Below are positions 25,220 through 38,900 of a stretch of 64,000 nt of DNA, piece after piece. The position numbers and the translations under genes were made by a program. The notes under the pieces are model-generated. The model was given only the letters and a program-made list of their open reading frames with translations. It had not been told where the DNA came from and made no database searches. The stretch is from Takakia lepidozioides. Lineage: Eukaryota; Plantae; Bryophyta. Every line of letters starts with the position of its first letter. The first letter of the stretch is position 1. The stretch lies in assembly GCA_030704615.1 (NCBI GenBank), contig CM060732.1, forward strand, positions 63,550,001-63,614,000, read 5' to 3'.

Positions 25220-26218
25220 TATCCATACCCGGAAACTATTCATACCCTCATGGTATATTTTGGCATATATATCCATACCCGGGGGTTATATAGAAATCTG
25301 AAAAGTTAATTTATCCATACCCGGAGGGTAATTTGTTTTTTGAGATTTCAATTTATCCATACCAGGAGGGTAAATAGTTTGACAAAAATAATTTACTTAT
25401 ACCCGAAGGGTATATTGAAATCAATATACCCGCACAACACTGGTTCTTATCTCAAACTTTACTAGATTTCCGAGTCCGCCCAATGACACGGCTCTCAAAT
25501 CCACTCAAAACCAGGAAGTTTCGAAGGTAAGAACTAAGAACTTGAAGAACTTGAATCTTCCGGCATGGGCCTAATTGAGAGAGAAGACTCCTACCAAAAC
25601 CAGTGTAACTTACAGCCAATTCAACTTGCGCCTACTGGCCCCTTCAGAGGGTACGCACGTGGTTATCCATGGCCCTCAAACTTATCTCGTTATGGTAAAA
25701 CAAAGGGACGTGGCGCTCTACATCGTTACAAAGCAGGCGGATAAGGGTTGACAGATTAGCTCTAGGGCTGACCCCTACTACTAGTGTCTGGGCAGCCCAA
25801 GCTGGGCAGCTGGGTACTGTATTTTTGCTTAGATAAAAAAAAATACAATCAATTTGTTTTTTTTTCTTTTTGGGTCAGAATGGTCGGACCACCAGTCGGA
25901 ACTGGGCAGCTCAGTTCTCTGAGTGCCACCCAGGTGATTCTGGGTTCAAATCCTGCTACCTCCTTGGGTGTGGTAGTATGATCTTCTCCCCATTCCCTTG
26001 GGTGGTATACCCTGATTAGATATACCCTTCATTTCTTGCCACACATCTTCCCCACAAAACCTTTGGGAAGGGATGCAGGCCCATTAGCAGAATGAAAAGA
26101 TTCACATAACACCCTGATATAAGGGTATACATCCGGGTACCTAAACTTGCCACACCAGGGTATATATATATCAATATACCCTGATATACCCGGTAATTCA
26201 TATACCCGCCCAACACTG
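25220..26218. mobile_element. Two one-ended hAT-like non-autonomous fragments
   Basis: Arrays of ATACCC(G) subterminal motifs end in CAACACTG at 25442 and 26218. I did not find matching left ends or TSDs. Confidence 0.55.
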
Positions 26219-28027
26219 GTAAGAACTTCATCTCTTACAAAGCTAAAAAGTTTTCTCCTAACATTCTTCTTCTCTGTCTGCATTGCGAAGATGTGGATGG
26301 ATGAAATCTAGAATAGATCAAGGGCATAGTGGTGCAATCCAACTTCGAGAAATTATTCTGCTTGGGGAGGTTACTATCTTATTACAAAGGGCATTTTTGA
26401 CCTTTGCGATGGGCCAAAACATACACTCACATGGATAGAAGATTCCTTTTGTAGTCGGTGTAACTAGTCTTGGGCCACTTCCTTTTTGAAGGGTGGGCCC
26501 AAAGAAGAAACTCGGGTGCTTTGCTATTTGAAGAATGGTTAAGACAAGGAAAGTGGTGAGGCGGCTTGTAAAGATGTCCTTGAGATCAAATGACACCATC
26601 AGTTACGTTTCATATGGCAATGCGTTCACATTTAAATTGGTTGTTTTTCAATTTTATCTTGTTTGATGATGGCTATAAGAGAGCGAGTTTTGTATGATAC
26701 CATGCTAGCATGGTCGGTACGTGTGTTTGCAAGAGACCACCACAACATGTATCCTCACAATATTTTCATATGAGTGAAAAACGTTTGTGGCACACATGTC
26801 ATTGACATATTAACTTTAAGAGTCCTTCTCTTTCGGAGGTGTTAAGAATTAAAATGTATTCTTATTGAAACAAGCGTATCTTATGGTGTCACTTGATCCC
26901 AAATTAGGAGTACTATCTTTCCTCATTGATATAATGGGCCTAGACCAATCCCAACATTTATCAAACTATTCATTTGTGATTCAATTATTATCTTTTCATG
27001 AGCATTTCACCTTTGGCCCATCTAATTCTAGTACTCATTGACATTATACATTGAATTATATATTTTTTCTATGTTATTGCATTTTTCACGTTTCATATGG
27101 GATTCTGCTTTTCTTATGTCATACGGAAGGTGGTTTACGCTACTAGCATGGAGTTGCACTTGCTTAATTTGTCTCATGGATGCACTTTGAGCTCTTGTGG
27201 TGTATAAACTTGTCATAGAACTCTAGGCACTTGTGGAAAAGCCGTTGTAAGCGTGTTTGGTCCAATACTATATTCATGGCTCATGCTTCTTTGTATAGTC
27301 TGATGTTGCTAGGTGAGATAAAACATAAGATTCTTTTGCATCTATTTTTAGGTGATCTAAAAACAGACAGTCAGTTCTTCACAATTTATCTCCTCCTCGT
27401 GGGGCTGATGCAACATCATTGTTTCCGACATTCCGATTTGCACGCCATCTGGTCCTACAACTTTCTGAGTTGCTGGAGGCTCTCTTAGTTTGTGGAATTC
27501 TCTTGCACAACGCAACAATGAAAACCGCATTTAAATTTTGAGCCCTTTCGTAGGAAACGTTACGTGGCTTTCCTCCTTTTGTGTCTTGCTTTATTTTTTT
27601 AAGTTTGCAGCACAGTAGCTGTTCCTTTCGGCTTTTGAGCTTGCTATTTTTAGCACCATCTTGACTTTAAAATACTTCATACAATATTTCTCCCAATGTC
27701 GATTCTACTTACATGTTTCAAATGGTTTGGTTATTATGTGTAGTATCTTGGGATTGCGTAGTAGTTACAGTCTCTAAGAGAGACCTCTTCCCCATGTTTG
27801 CTAATTTATGGCCGTCACAATGTTTTGTTTTCTTGTTTAATCGATTAACATGACACCATACATATATATTACAATCTATCGGATATTAAATTGAAATTTA
27901 ACTCAATATAGTTTGAGTTCCACGAGAATAATTAATATTAAATCTATAATTAAGTCTATTCCACTACAATTAATTAGTGATGTTATATTTTTGTTTTATA
28001 ATGCCCCTCTTTTTAATCAGTTACAGC

Positions 28028-29037
28028 CAGTGTTTTTCTTTTTGGTGAATTTTCGCCAAATGGCGACTTCAAAAAATAGAAAAGAATATTCTGTGGAAAA
28101 TTCCATGTTTTTTCAAGGATGAAATAGCCAAATCTCTCCAAAAAAAATAAAAATTATAGATGAATTCGCCAAATATGGATGATATGAATGGATGAAAGTA
28201 TGGATGTGGATGATTCTGTCCTAATTTGAATGGATGAACATCATATATGCCTAATTTTTGCAAAACTCTGTAGCCACTCGTGCTATTTTCCGAATTATAA
28301 AAACAAAACTCTGTTTCATCCCTCACTGCTTTTCAAAATAAAATAAAATAGAGAGATAATTTGTATCCTTGTATTTATCGCTAGTATTATGAGATTTTAG
28401 TGTAGATATTTTACAAAATAATTCTGTATCAACAAAATAATTAGAAATATTTGTTACTCTTTTTCATATGCAACTACAATTCAAAATTATGAATACTACA
28501 ATTTATGGCTCTCAATCAGATCACATTTGGACAAATTTTGTGCCCCACCTACTTGCTTATTTTGTATGAAACAACAAAAATGTCAAAAAAAAATGTCATG
28601 TTGGACAGGCCATAACATGTATTTGTTGCTTTTAAATTACCTAATTATATTCTGATCTGCTACCAACATATATCGTCAACCAAGAGTGACGATTACGCGA
28701 CGAGCCGCTTGTTTATATGCAATATGCCAATATATCTCGCATATGCTCTCCAAGTTGGTTCTATTTATCTCCATGTGGTCACGTTGCTTTTAAAGCTCCT
28801 AACCTTTTATTTTATGTTGTCATGTTGCACTCGGACTTTGGTTATTGACATAATCATATTTAAATATTGGCTTGAACATATGCGCGTCACGTCACCTCAA
28901 AAAATGACTTTATTCTACAAATTTTTTTAATAAAATTCTAACTTTTACGTCACATGACACATTGGTATCAAATGAAATGCATACTTGTAAGCATACTAGC
29001 GTAAAAGTACGAAATTTCGCCAGAAATAAAAACACTG
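28028..29037. mobile_element. hAT-like non-autonomous element
   Basis: Termini CAGTGTTTTT...AAAAACACTG with TTCGCCA subterminal motifs; AT-rich interior; TSD not preserved. Confidence 0.6.
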
Positions 29038-30249
29038 GTTCCCAACATAATATTAAAATTCAAAAACAAATGCGCTAACATTGGCCATCCTCAATTATTA
29101 AAATATAAATGGGGATCCCAATTTAAATAATATAAAAATTAAAGTTAAATAATTAAACTTTTTCTTTTTTTAAATGTGGACCATCAAAGTTGTGGTACCT
29201 TATTATCAACTCCAATGGTCCCCAATAAGATATTTTAAACTCCTAAGAACTTTTCTCTGGAATAAAACGGAAAAAAAGAAACACATCATGCACTGGATCG
29301 CGGGTATGGGGTTCAAATCCCTGTCATCTGTCTCTCTGCCTTTGGGCTGGGGCTTTGCCTTCGAGCTAGGGCTATGCCCCTGTAATGCCTCCATGGCTCA
29401 CCGATGTTTCCAAACACCAAACAAAAATAATAATGACAATAATAAAATACATTTCTGCAAAAAACACCACTAGGGCTCGCAATCCTAGAAAAAATAGTAT
29501 ATAGAATATAAACTTTAAAATGAAACACAAATGGAACCGCTAATGCATATAATATAAAAATCTAAATATCAAATATCAAATTAAATATTAAATATTTATA
29601 AATAAATAAATGAGAACCGTAAGTCCTAGCCAGCTTTTTTTCATTTTGGCAATGGCGCTCCAGTGGCGATATATTTTGGGGGGTGAGTGCAGAGGTGGCG
29701 ACACGTTATGTCCACCTGGCTATACATATGACAAATATTGTGCAATATGGCGAATTCTTCATAACTAATGAATATTATGCAGGCGACACATGTCAAATTG
29801 AGGCAGAAATATTGGGCGAAATTCCCCTTGGTATTGTGGCAAACTGGCTATCATTAAAAACCCAAGGTAGCACTTTGGGCACCATCGCCCAAATTCATAG
29901 AGCAAAATAGCACCACTCATTCAAATAAAAAAACATAGTCTCAGGCACCATAGCCTAATTTTAGACAACAAACTGGCACTACTGTCATAAGATAGAAAAC
30001 GAAGGAGATAGACACCGTAGCCCACTTAAATGAGAGTGGGCACTTGCCAAACAAGTACAAAATGCATCCGAGCCACCATGGCATGAATAGACAAACTAGT
30101 CTGAATGCCCTATGCGAACCGAGGGAATCTCACTATACTTGCGGAATTAATGATGGAAACAAAGGGAGGAATCACAGCAGCAAAACAAAGTTCTCAACAC
30201 TACAATTTGAAGACACCAATGTTTAATTCTACGAAGAGACTCCATAACG

Positions 30250-30790
30250 CCCGCGTGGCACAGCTCCACTCCACTTGTCAAAACAGGCTTCATAGGGAAA
30301 ATCCTCAAGGCCAAAGAACTCAAGGCCATACATTCCCACAACTACCGGCAGATGCTGATCCAAACCAAATCGCAGCTTGTTCTTCATAAATGAAAGAAAT
30401 GAAAAACAGCGCTCCAGAAGCATCAATTGTTCTCCAAATTTTCGTGAGAGGATTGATGTCAAACGGGGGCTCCATGGCAACCAAGGCATTGCATTTCATG
30501 CTTAACTTGAACATACATTGCTGGGATTCAAGGTCCCAGCAATTGAGCAAGCCCAAAACTGTCTTCTTCTCTGCCCTCGTGCCAAACACACGTGCTTCAC
30601 CATATCAATTCTTAAATACATCAAGGTGCTTTGGAAAACTCTCATCACAACGGTCCTACTTGCAACCAGTACTGTGGATATACTATACCCATGACATAAA
30701 GCACTGCCTACTGGGGGAATCTCAGGTTGAGCTCCGCCACAAGCTGCTCTGCTGCAGCGCACACCCACAAGCCCACACATGTTAGCATAC
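30250..30790 (-). mobile_element. hAT-superfamily transposase C-terminal remnant
   Basis: Fragments LESQQCMFKLSMKCNALVAMEPPFDINPLTKIWRTIDA and RCFSFLSFMKNKLRFGLDQHL...FPYEACFDKW resemble a hAT dimerisation region, with an internal deletion and frameshift. Confidence 0.65.
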
Positions 30791-31194
30791 AAAAACCTAT
30801 TAATGTCAAAGCTCTAAGTGACAGAGCGGGGTGCTAGGGTTGGCCATCGCCAGAGTGCTGCGGGGCTCGAGGAGATGGTGTTGTCTGCTTCAATCGCGAG
30901 CTGCTAAGGGATGTCGCCAGGAATTAGGGTGTTGTGTGAATGTTTTGGAACGGCTGCTTGAATGCGGGGGGGCTGGCTGCGGGGGTCACTCCTCGTATTT
31001 TCAAAACCACATGAGAACAAATATAGGGTGTAGTTTATTTTTTTGAGGTAAAATTTAGAAAAAAATTACTTAAAAAAAATGATAGGGCTATATCATTTCA
31101 CCCAGTTTTTTTTTTTTAAATGTCATTGAGTAAAATTTAAAAACAAAACGTCGCAAACCAGCTGCGAAGCACTGGGGGTCGCCCTGTGGTGCGC

Positions 31195-31292
31195 CCTTCC
31201 GGACGTCGTTGGGAGGTAGCGACGCTCAGGGCGTCGCCCTCGGGTGCGACCTTCCGGACGTCGTTTGGAGGTAGCGACGCTCAGGGCGTCAC
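31195..31292 (+). repeat. CpG-rich ~55-bp tandem repeat (2 copies) in probable DNA-transposon sequence
   Basis: cttccggacgtcgtt.ggaggtagcgacgctcagggcgtc occurs at ~31196 and ~31250. Confidence 0.85.
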
Positions 31293-32473
31293 TTCAAGCA
31301 CCCCGGGGGAGAAAAAAAAAACTAAAAACGTCGTTTTTAAAAGGCGACCCTTGGAGGTCGTTTTTTGAGTTTTTTTTTTTTTGAATTTTTGTGAAGTCAT
31401 TTTTAGCGATGTCTGAGACGTCGCTTAAAATGAAAAACAATGAAGGATCAGAAGGGGTCGGAATATGTGCATCCATGTACCATGTTGAGCTAAACAAGCT
31501 TCGGATTGGTTTGAACAACAAGAGGATAACTCTAGCATTCATGACAAAAAATTTGTAAGTGCCATTGCCCAAGTTTATGCTTGCACCCTAATTAGTGATC
31601 TTGTGGAACACAGTCAACGATTTTACAAATGATTCCTGAATTGTGGGAATCGATTGTTTGCCAAAAATGGATGAAGATGCTTGGCACAAATGCAAATGTC
31701 TATTTGGGCAGTGCAAAAATTGTGGTATATATATCTTGTCATTTTGCCCTGTTGAAAATGATGGATCGAGTATTGGGCTGGTTGAGTGAAGGAGGTTTGT
31801 TATAGAAACCACCATGTCCAAAGCTGACAAATTACCTTTGAAGAAACTGAGAACAGTTGGCAAGTGGATTGTTTGCAATTTGTGATTACATTTTCATTCC
31901 AGCTGCATTGACCAATGACTAAGGCATATAAGCTATATGCCCCAATTGTACATTGTCTCAAGGCTCTTCATATGTGGACAGAAGGATCCAATGGCGCTAG
32001 CTTAGCTTTATGGTGTGGAACATGAGTGATTTTATTTATCACTTTCCCTCCATGTTCATGTTCACGTCCCTTTGTCATTTCCATAGGAATGGCTATAGAT
32101 CTTTTCCCCACCTTTTCTTGAGGGGAAACTTAACCTTTTCCAAACTTTAGTGGAAGGTGAAACCCAACATTTTCGTACACATTAATAGCTAGTTGTTTTT
32201 TGGAGACTAGATATTGGTAGATTATGAATACAACTTCCACTTGGTACCATGAAAGTATGGTGAATCACACCCAACAACTTCATCATTGATGTCCATGTTC
32301 AAAAAATATATATTACAACATATAACTGCAGCAAGAATGTTTTATGTGAACTTCGTACGAGTCAATCAGTTTAAGCAAAGACCACAATTTTTGCACTCAA
32401 CAATTTCATAAGCTAATCCCTAGGACATAGTGCCGTCCATGGCCTTGTGCCTTCCTCTTAAGTGTTACTGGCT

Positions 32474-32706
32474 CGGAGTGGAACCTCAGTTATCTGCCTC
32501 TATAGCTATCTGTAAGGTTCCTTATTTTTTGAACAACTTAGGGTACATATTGGTTACAAATCAGTGATTATTCTTGGGTGTGCAAAAATTAGAAACCCCG
32601 GGGCACTTCCGGCTGCCACAAGGAGAGAGAGTGGCCCTGGAGAACTTTATAATAGTAAGGAATCTTACATATAGCTATAGAGGCAGATAACTGAGGTTCC
32701 ACTCTG
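32474..32706. mobile_element. Foldback MITE with ~50-bp TIRs
   Basis: gagtggaacctcagttatctgcctctatagctat(c)tgtaag at the left and its reverse complement at 32655-32706. Confidence 0.85.
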
Positions 32707-32730
32707 AAAATAAAACCAACCACAATGGGG

Positions 32731-33407
32731 CGCCTCTCATTATTTAATAATAGCGAGTTGCGCCTATGGGCCCCGCCAGTACGGCCCATGGGGTGAGCTC
32801 ATGAACCCACCCCCCTTTCACCAGTTCTTTAATGACGGCGGACCTTCTAGCGGACTGGCCAGACCCTCCAAGAGACTGATTCCTCCAGGAGACTGACTCC
32901 AACTGGCGAGCGGACTGACTAGTAGACTGACCGGCGGACTGGCAATTGGCAAGCGGACTCGCTAGCATACTGACGATTGGTGAGTGGACTGAGTCCGCCG
33001 GACTGGCGAGCGGACTCACCAGCAGACCGGCGATACGAGCAGAGTGACCGGCGACCAACCTTCATAGCCTCCTCAATCCTCAAACAAAATTTATATTTAT
33101 AATTAACACACAATACCGCCACAATATCACCTGCCAAGATTTAAACACCAAACCTCACGTTCATCACAAGTTACTCCTTACCACCACACTATCCAGTGCT
33201 TTCTACAATGACTTGAAATAAATAATTATTTATCTACATATTTCAGGTGTTTGGTGGGCCCATCAGACTTGCTCCCCTCTTCCTTGCAGGCCGCCCCAGG
33301 GCAGCTCACCCAGGCATACTGACCCGCAACACCCTCTCCCACATAGGGGCCCGCCGCAACCACACGTGCCCCACATTGAACTCGCTATTATTAAATAATG
33401 AGAGGCG
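32731..33407. mobile_element. Non-autonomous TIR element with a perfect 29-bp inverted repeat
   Basis: cgcctctcattatttaataatagcgagtt (32731-32759) and aactcgctattattaaataatgagaggcg (33379-33407); internal GCGGACTGGC-like repeats. Confidence 0.8.
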
Positions 33408-34347
33408 GGACTGCCAAATTAGGAGGGTGGCTATTGCCTGCCGCCGCACATGGCTATTGCCTGCCTTGTGAAAGTGGCAATTGCATGTGGGGCCCATTTG
33501 GCGGCTGCATGCGCGACGAATGTGGGGGAGTTGGAGGCGTCGACTAGCGAGAGAGATTAGTTGGATAGAGGGGTTAGAGAGGCATAGCCAAGAAAGAGGG
33601 CCTACCACAACTATGCAACCAGAGGGCTTAGGGTTACTTTCCATGTAAACCCCTTACATGACGTCGGCCAAAAATGGGTTTGACCACGGGTCATATCCAT
33701 TGAGGACACTTTTGCACGCGTGTGACCAAAAAAGAAATGTGTATGAGGAAGAGGAAGGTGGCCTACTTAACAGGTCATGGGAGGAAAAATACTCGCTAGT
33801 GATATAGGTGAACCATGGAAAACGGGGACCGTGCGCCCAACACCTCGCCATGGGACCTGGCGAAGCCCTACAGGGGTCACGCCATCCATGGAAGTGCATG
33901 GAACCGGGGGTGACATCAGCAGAATGGGAGAATGGGAGCAGGGGTCACATGGAAAATAACCCTTAGGGATTGCTATCCAACAGCCTTGCAATGTGGAGGA
34001 GGGTGTAAAGTGTCTACCAAAAAAAAAAAAAAACGTGCCTACTACACACCATTTAACTAGTGTATTACACTAAGGACGTCACAGATCATGTATGTTTTAA
34101 GATCAAGCTCTAGCTTCATAAATATTCCTTAAGGGTACGATCAGTGGCCAGCTTGATCCAGAGCCAAAAGCTCCATCCTCGACATATGCAAGTTGATAGG
34201 CGCTCGATTGAAGTCATAAATGTTGAGCGTGGCCCTTGGGTGAAGTGTGGTTCCAAGCATTTCGAAAGCTGCAAGGAGATACACCAATTTGGAGACTCCT
34301 TGGGCTAACCTAAGACGGATGCGACCTGGGGACGTGCCTAAACTCAC

Positions 34348-35924
34348 CGAGAAGGACCGTGAAGTCCTTTGATATTCGTGGAAGGGATGCGGCGAAAGGA
34401 TAAGTGTTGCTAGGCTTAGGTTTGATGATGAAGGCGCCGTGACCAGTAGCTCGTAACCAGGATATATGTGCATGCCACCACAATGTCCCCGCTTGTCCCA
34501 CTACTGAGAAGGTGTACGTGTAGGTGTGGCCTGGCTGGATGGGACACTGTGTCACACTGCTTGGTCCGTCAGCCCATGGATTCCGACGTTGCTCCACTCC
34601 ATGCCTGTCATGCATTGATCATACGGTAAGCCATTCTTTTCATTTACTGCTGGGTGCACATGGCATCAATGCTCTTGAAATGCACACGTATTTATGCGCA
34701 AATCCCAAGTGGCTGTCTATATACGCTGGTCATAGCTCATTGCAGCTGCAAAGAGCACAGTTCTTCGTCAAATTTCTGGAAAGAGGACTTCTCTACAGCA
34801 CAAGTAAAACCTAGCAGATACACGTACAAGACAAATCAACTACAGGTTTCTAAACTCAAAAGTAGCACGACTTCGTCTGTATTACAAGTGTAATGTCGAA
34901 GTGATCCATCCTTGTTCCAACGGGAAGGCTTGGGCCCCCACAGACAGAGTGTAGCAGTTGTATATATCTTAATCACGAAGGATGATCTCGGCTTGATCAT
35001 TTCAAAGGTTCCTGAAATTTTAATGAAACCAAGAATTGATCACTGGGGACAAATATGGAAGGACGTCTCCAGGGATCTGTAATGTACATGTGTGTGGGAA
35101 CATACCAGTGGATAGAGATATTGTAGTTCATGTGGTTTCTCACAGTCACCAAAACCCTGTCTCCCTCAAGCACCTTGATTGTCGGGCCTGGAAATTTTCC
35201 GTTTACAGTAACAATTTGTGTGGTGTTGCAAAGCAATGTTAAACTTGTGTTTCTTATCTGCCATTCAGGAAAGAGTCCAATACTTCAGTATATCCAAGAA
35301 AAACAGAACCCATGTAGATAGGGTCTTGATGGCAAAATGTCATGAATAAGCACGTAACCAATAAAAATCGCTCTTGATTACTTTGCGTGCACTGGTTCCA
35401 GATCGAGACAGCACTAGTTCACATCGACTCGCCCGGCCTGGGTCTGCAGACTTGAATGGTTCTTTGAACATAAATTATTTCGATGCAGGACAGTCAAAAA
35501 TAGTAGCCTGACGTCATGTTCCTGGCAATAAGAAATTAGTGCTTGCAAAAAGGTTTCTCTCGTCAAGGAATGTTGAGGAAGTTATCCCTCTCAGAGCTGC
35601 CAGAAATTATAATGTACATCAAATCAGACTTTGTACAATATAGACTGGTCAAATGTTGGAATATAGTCATGATTGTACTGTAAAACAATCATGGACGATT
35701 CATATTCCACTAGTTTGCATTGACAGTGTACAGGCACTACTCACCTCAAAGTTATATCGTCTTGTGGTTTGATGCCAACGGTGTGATTTGCTTGAACTCG
35801 GAACCTCTACAGACCTTTCAGTGGCCATGATCGGCCTCAATACACTTAAGAGAATTACAAACTGAAGGGCCTTCAAAGCTCGACACCCAACAGACGAACA
35901 ACTTCCAGACCTGCATTTTTCCAT
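34348..35924 (-). pseudogene. Second laccase, only exons 1-3 present (3'-truncated copy or alternative 5' module)
   Basis: Exons 35924-35745, 35257-35106, 34604-34348 are open. Exons 2 and 3 have the same sizes (152, 257 nt) and phases as in the intact laccase and encode HWHG and GTLWWHAH. I found no exon 4-6 homologue before the intact gene. Confidence 0.85.
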
Positions 35925-38900
35925 TTCGAGTGAACTCCAGCTGGTCTGTCGAGCCCAGCTCTGAGACCTACGTTACTGTCTTCAGCTGAGAGACTCCAGA
36001 GAGTTGACTCGAGTAAGATTGTCGCCCAGTGGTGAACAACCAGTCAATGGGGACCTGTTTTTCCGAGAGAGGCAAGCTTGTCATTGAAGTTGCAGACCTT
36101 TGAGAACTTATGCTTTCGAATTTGGATGGGGAGCTGTGATGTGTTTCTGCAATATATAGGTTCCTCATGGATGATCAGTGAAGGCGGGAGAAGCCGTGTA
36201 GGTTGGCGGGACCCCTTACTGAGTTAAGAGGTTATTCCAATTTAAGGCCAAGTAGGAAAAAGTCCAAGGTTCGCAAACGTTCCGCGGTTTCAACCAATAC
36301 TGGTTTTAACCGAGTGCCTGGATAAGTCCAATGCTAGCTATGGAGAATTCGTATTATCTGTAAGGAGTACGTTGCAGGGGCCAACTGTTAATTTAACATT
36401 CAAACGATCGGAATCATTGCTGCCGCCATTTCTCATTTCTCATTTTCCAGCGAGCCACAGTATACTGCCATATCACATGTGACCTTGTTAGCACGCGCAA
36501 CAAGTCATCACGCTGACAAACTGTTGCATGTAATCCACTTGATCTAAGAATAGACTGCGGGCTACGGGTATTGTAAATGTGCTGGTGACCACCATTATCC
36601 AGAACCAACAGATTACTTGAGAGAAACACTACACATGTATATAAGTTACCGCTTCGATCAAATCCGTAGTACGATCGAAGATTGCATCTCCGCGAGCCAT
36701 GTCACAATATCCTTTGACCAGATCTGGGGCTCTCGAGTTCACAAGTCTTGCTGCCAAATCTGCGGAATGGAGCAATGGATAAGGCATGTCCACGGAAACT
36801 TCGTAGACCAGCGCCGTGATCGCGATACACACACACATCTGCAGGCGCCAAAGCAATGTGTGTTTGGAGGTCGTCTGACCCGGAAGTGCTGCAGGATGGC
36901 CGTCTTCCACCTTAGCACGTCAAGCCTACGCGCTCTAGGCCTATCTTTGGCGCCGCCCCCTTTCTCCCTTTTGCCTGGCACAGCCCCTCCCGTTTCGGAA
37001 GCTCTAGCCCGGCTGTCTATCTGTCTTTGGCATCCCCCTGCCTTCCTCCCGATTCCCGCTTCCGTTTTCTTGGACGTCGTTTAATCGGGCAAAGCAATTC
37101 AGTATGTTTTACTTCAAGGGTTGTACAGGATTTTTAAAACCCAATTGAGAAACGCAAAGTGCTCAACTCAGAAACCCGACTAAGTTCTGCTTTTTGTTTT
37201 GTTTTTGGTTTTGAATGATCCGTGGACAGTTTTTAAAAAATAAAATCTAGATTCTAGAGAAGATGGAACGAAGTTGAGATCCACTTTTGCGGGAAGAATG
37301 GATTACTCGTGATCCAACTCTAGCTAGCCTAGAGAGAGGATCAACTCGCTAGACCAGCGAGTGAACATTAGCTTTGATCGAATTCTCCAAGTTTGGCAAA
37401 AAATCTCGCCTAACATACATAGGGAAAGGAGGCCACTGTGCTGCTCAACTCCCTAGTGATGTAAAGAGGAGTTTTTTTCAAAAGGAAAAGGCAGGATTTG
37501 AGCAGCATGGTTTTCATTCGGTACACATACTGTCTACTACAAATTTTCAACTTGAACATTCCCTTTTGCTAGCTGAATCAGTAATAGATGCAACAATGTT
37601 CAATCGAGAATAAAATCAATCAAGCGTAGGTAAACAGCAACTGCCTGGTTGTCATGATCAAGGTCAACTGGCTTTTGAATGGCTGCTTTAGTTGCTGGTC
37701 TCATGGCACCCACTTGTCCGTTGGTTTGGTTTGGCTTGCCGCCACCAGTGGCCCCACACTCACGCGTACTGGCTGTGAGGGGCTGTGACAGGCCGTGCCT
37801 GAGGAGGCTACCTTACTCTTTCAAAAGGTGGCACCGACACACTTGGGTGGCTACTGGCTACCACCCTTGTGAGCAGCCTAGAGTAAGAGAAAGCATTTCA
37901 GTAGGCGTGTCTGTGTGCACGTTGCATAGTTTTTAGTGCCTCATAGAAGTGCATGAGGGAGGACTGGAGTGGTGGCCTCCACAAGGGTGGCCATTCTTGG
38001 AGCCAACGGCCTCAATTTAAATTTGCAGACTTTTAGAGATGCAAAATGTTTGGCTGGTGGACAAGGTCTGAGTATGTGAGCTAGTTAGAATCTGCAAGCA
38101 TCACCTTGACGTTGGTGCAGAATACATCTAACATAAATTTGAAGTGTTTATATTTTTCTGGTCTCAGTAGAAAGATTCCTATGGCCAATTGTGGGAAGTT
38201 CCCAATATGTTTTTGTTCCTATATGTTATGACGTCTCTCTTGTGTAGGTAGGAGAGAGTAGAGACACAAGTGACTCATTGCTTGTTTGTCATGCATTGGT
38301 GTCTACTCAGATACCTTTGTCCCTAGATAATATCCATTATCCTTGATACTACAAGATGTACTCAAGATCTTTGGGTGTTTGAGGCTCCAGTACCCTCAAC
38401 ATGGCCTTAACATGTTGATAAACAAGAGGGAAAAAACATCCTCAAACCTTCAAGAGTTTTCAACTAGAACAGCCTCTTCACAGATGTAACCGCCATTCTC
38501 AGCCCTAGAATTGAAGACACTACCTAACGACGTGACACCCAGATGAGAGTCCCTAAGAGATATGTAGAAAAAAGAATTTAGGAGAAGAATCCCTCACAGC
38601 AGAAAACAATTGGAAGATATCAAAACTTTGGTGTGACTGCTACTTGCCTCCTTGCTTTCTCCTAATTGGAGGATTTATATCTCTGTTGCTAGTCACCAAT
38701 CCAGCTGTTTGCAGGTGAGGCCTGTGACTATCATTCGAGACGTGTGAAATGGATGACAGTAGCATGTCTGTTGTGGATTAAAAATGATTTCAGTCATGCT
38801 AATCAAGTAGCCCTTTGGCTTGACCATCTCACAGCTACAAGAAACTGGGTACTACCCATGTGCACCTCAAACTTCATCTTCACAAAATTGACTCTGGTTA

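Noticed and set aside
25900-25960. tRNA gene candidates with GGTTCAAATCC B-box (also ~29310)
   Set aside because: No acceptor stem or cloverleaf can be built; at most SINE-like remnants.
26318-27000. Possible Ulp1-like or other TE accessory-gene remnant
   Set aside because: Only vague motif similarity, with no catalytic residues identifiable.
34030-34062. Helitron 3' end (CTAG) near the laccase truncation point
   Set aside because: The subterminal hairpin is too weak and no 5' TC end could be defined.
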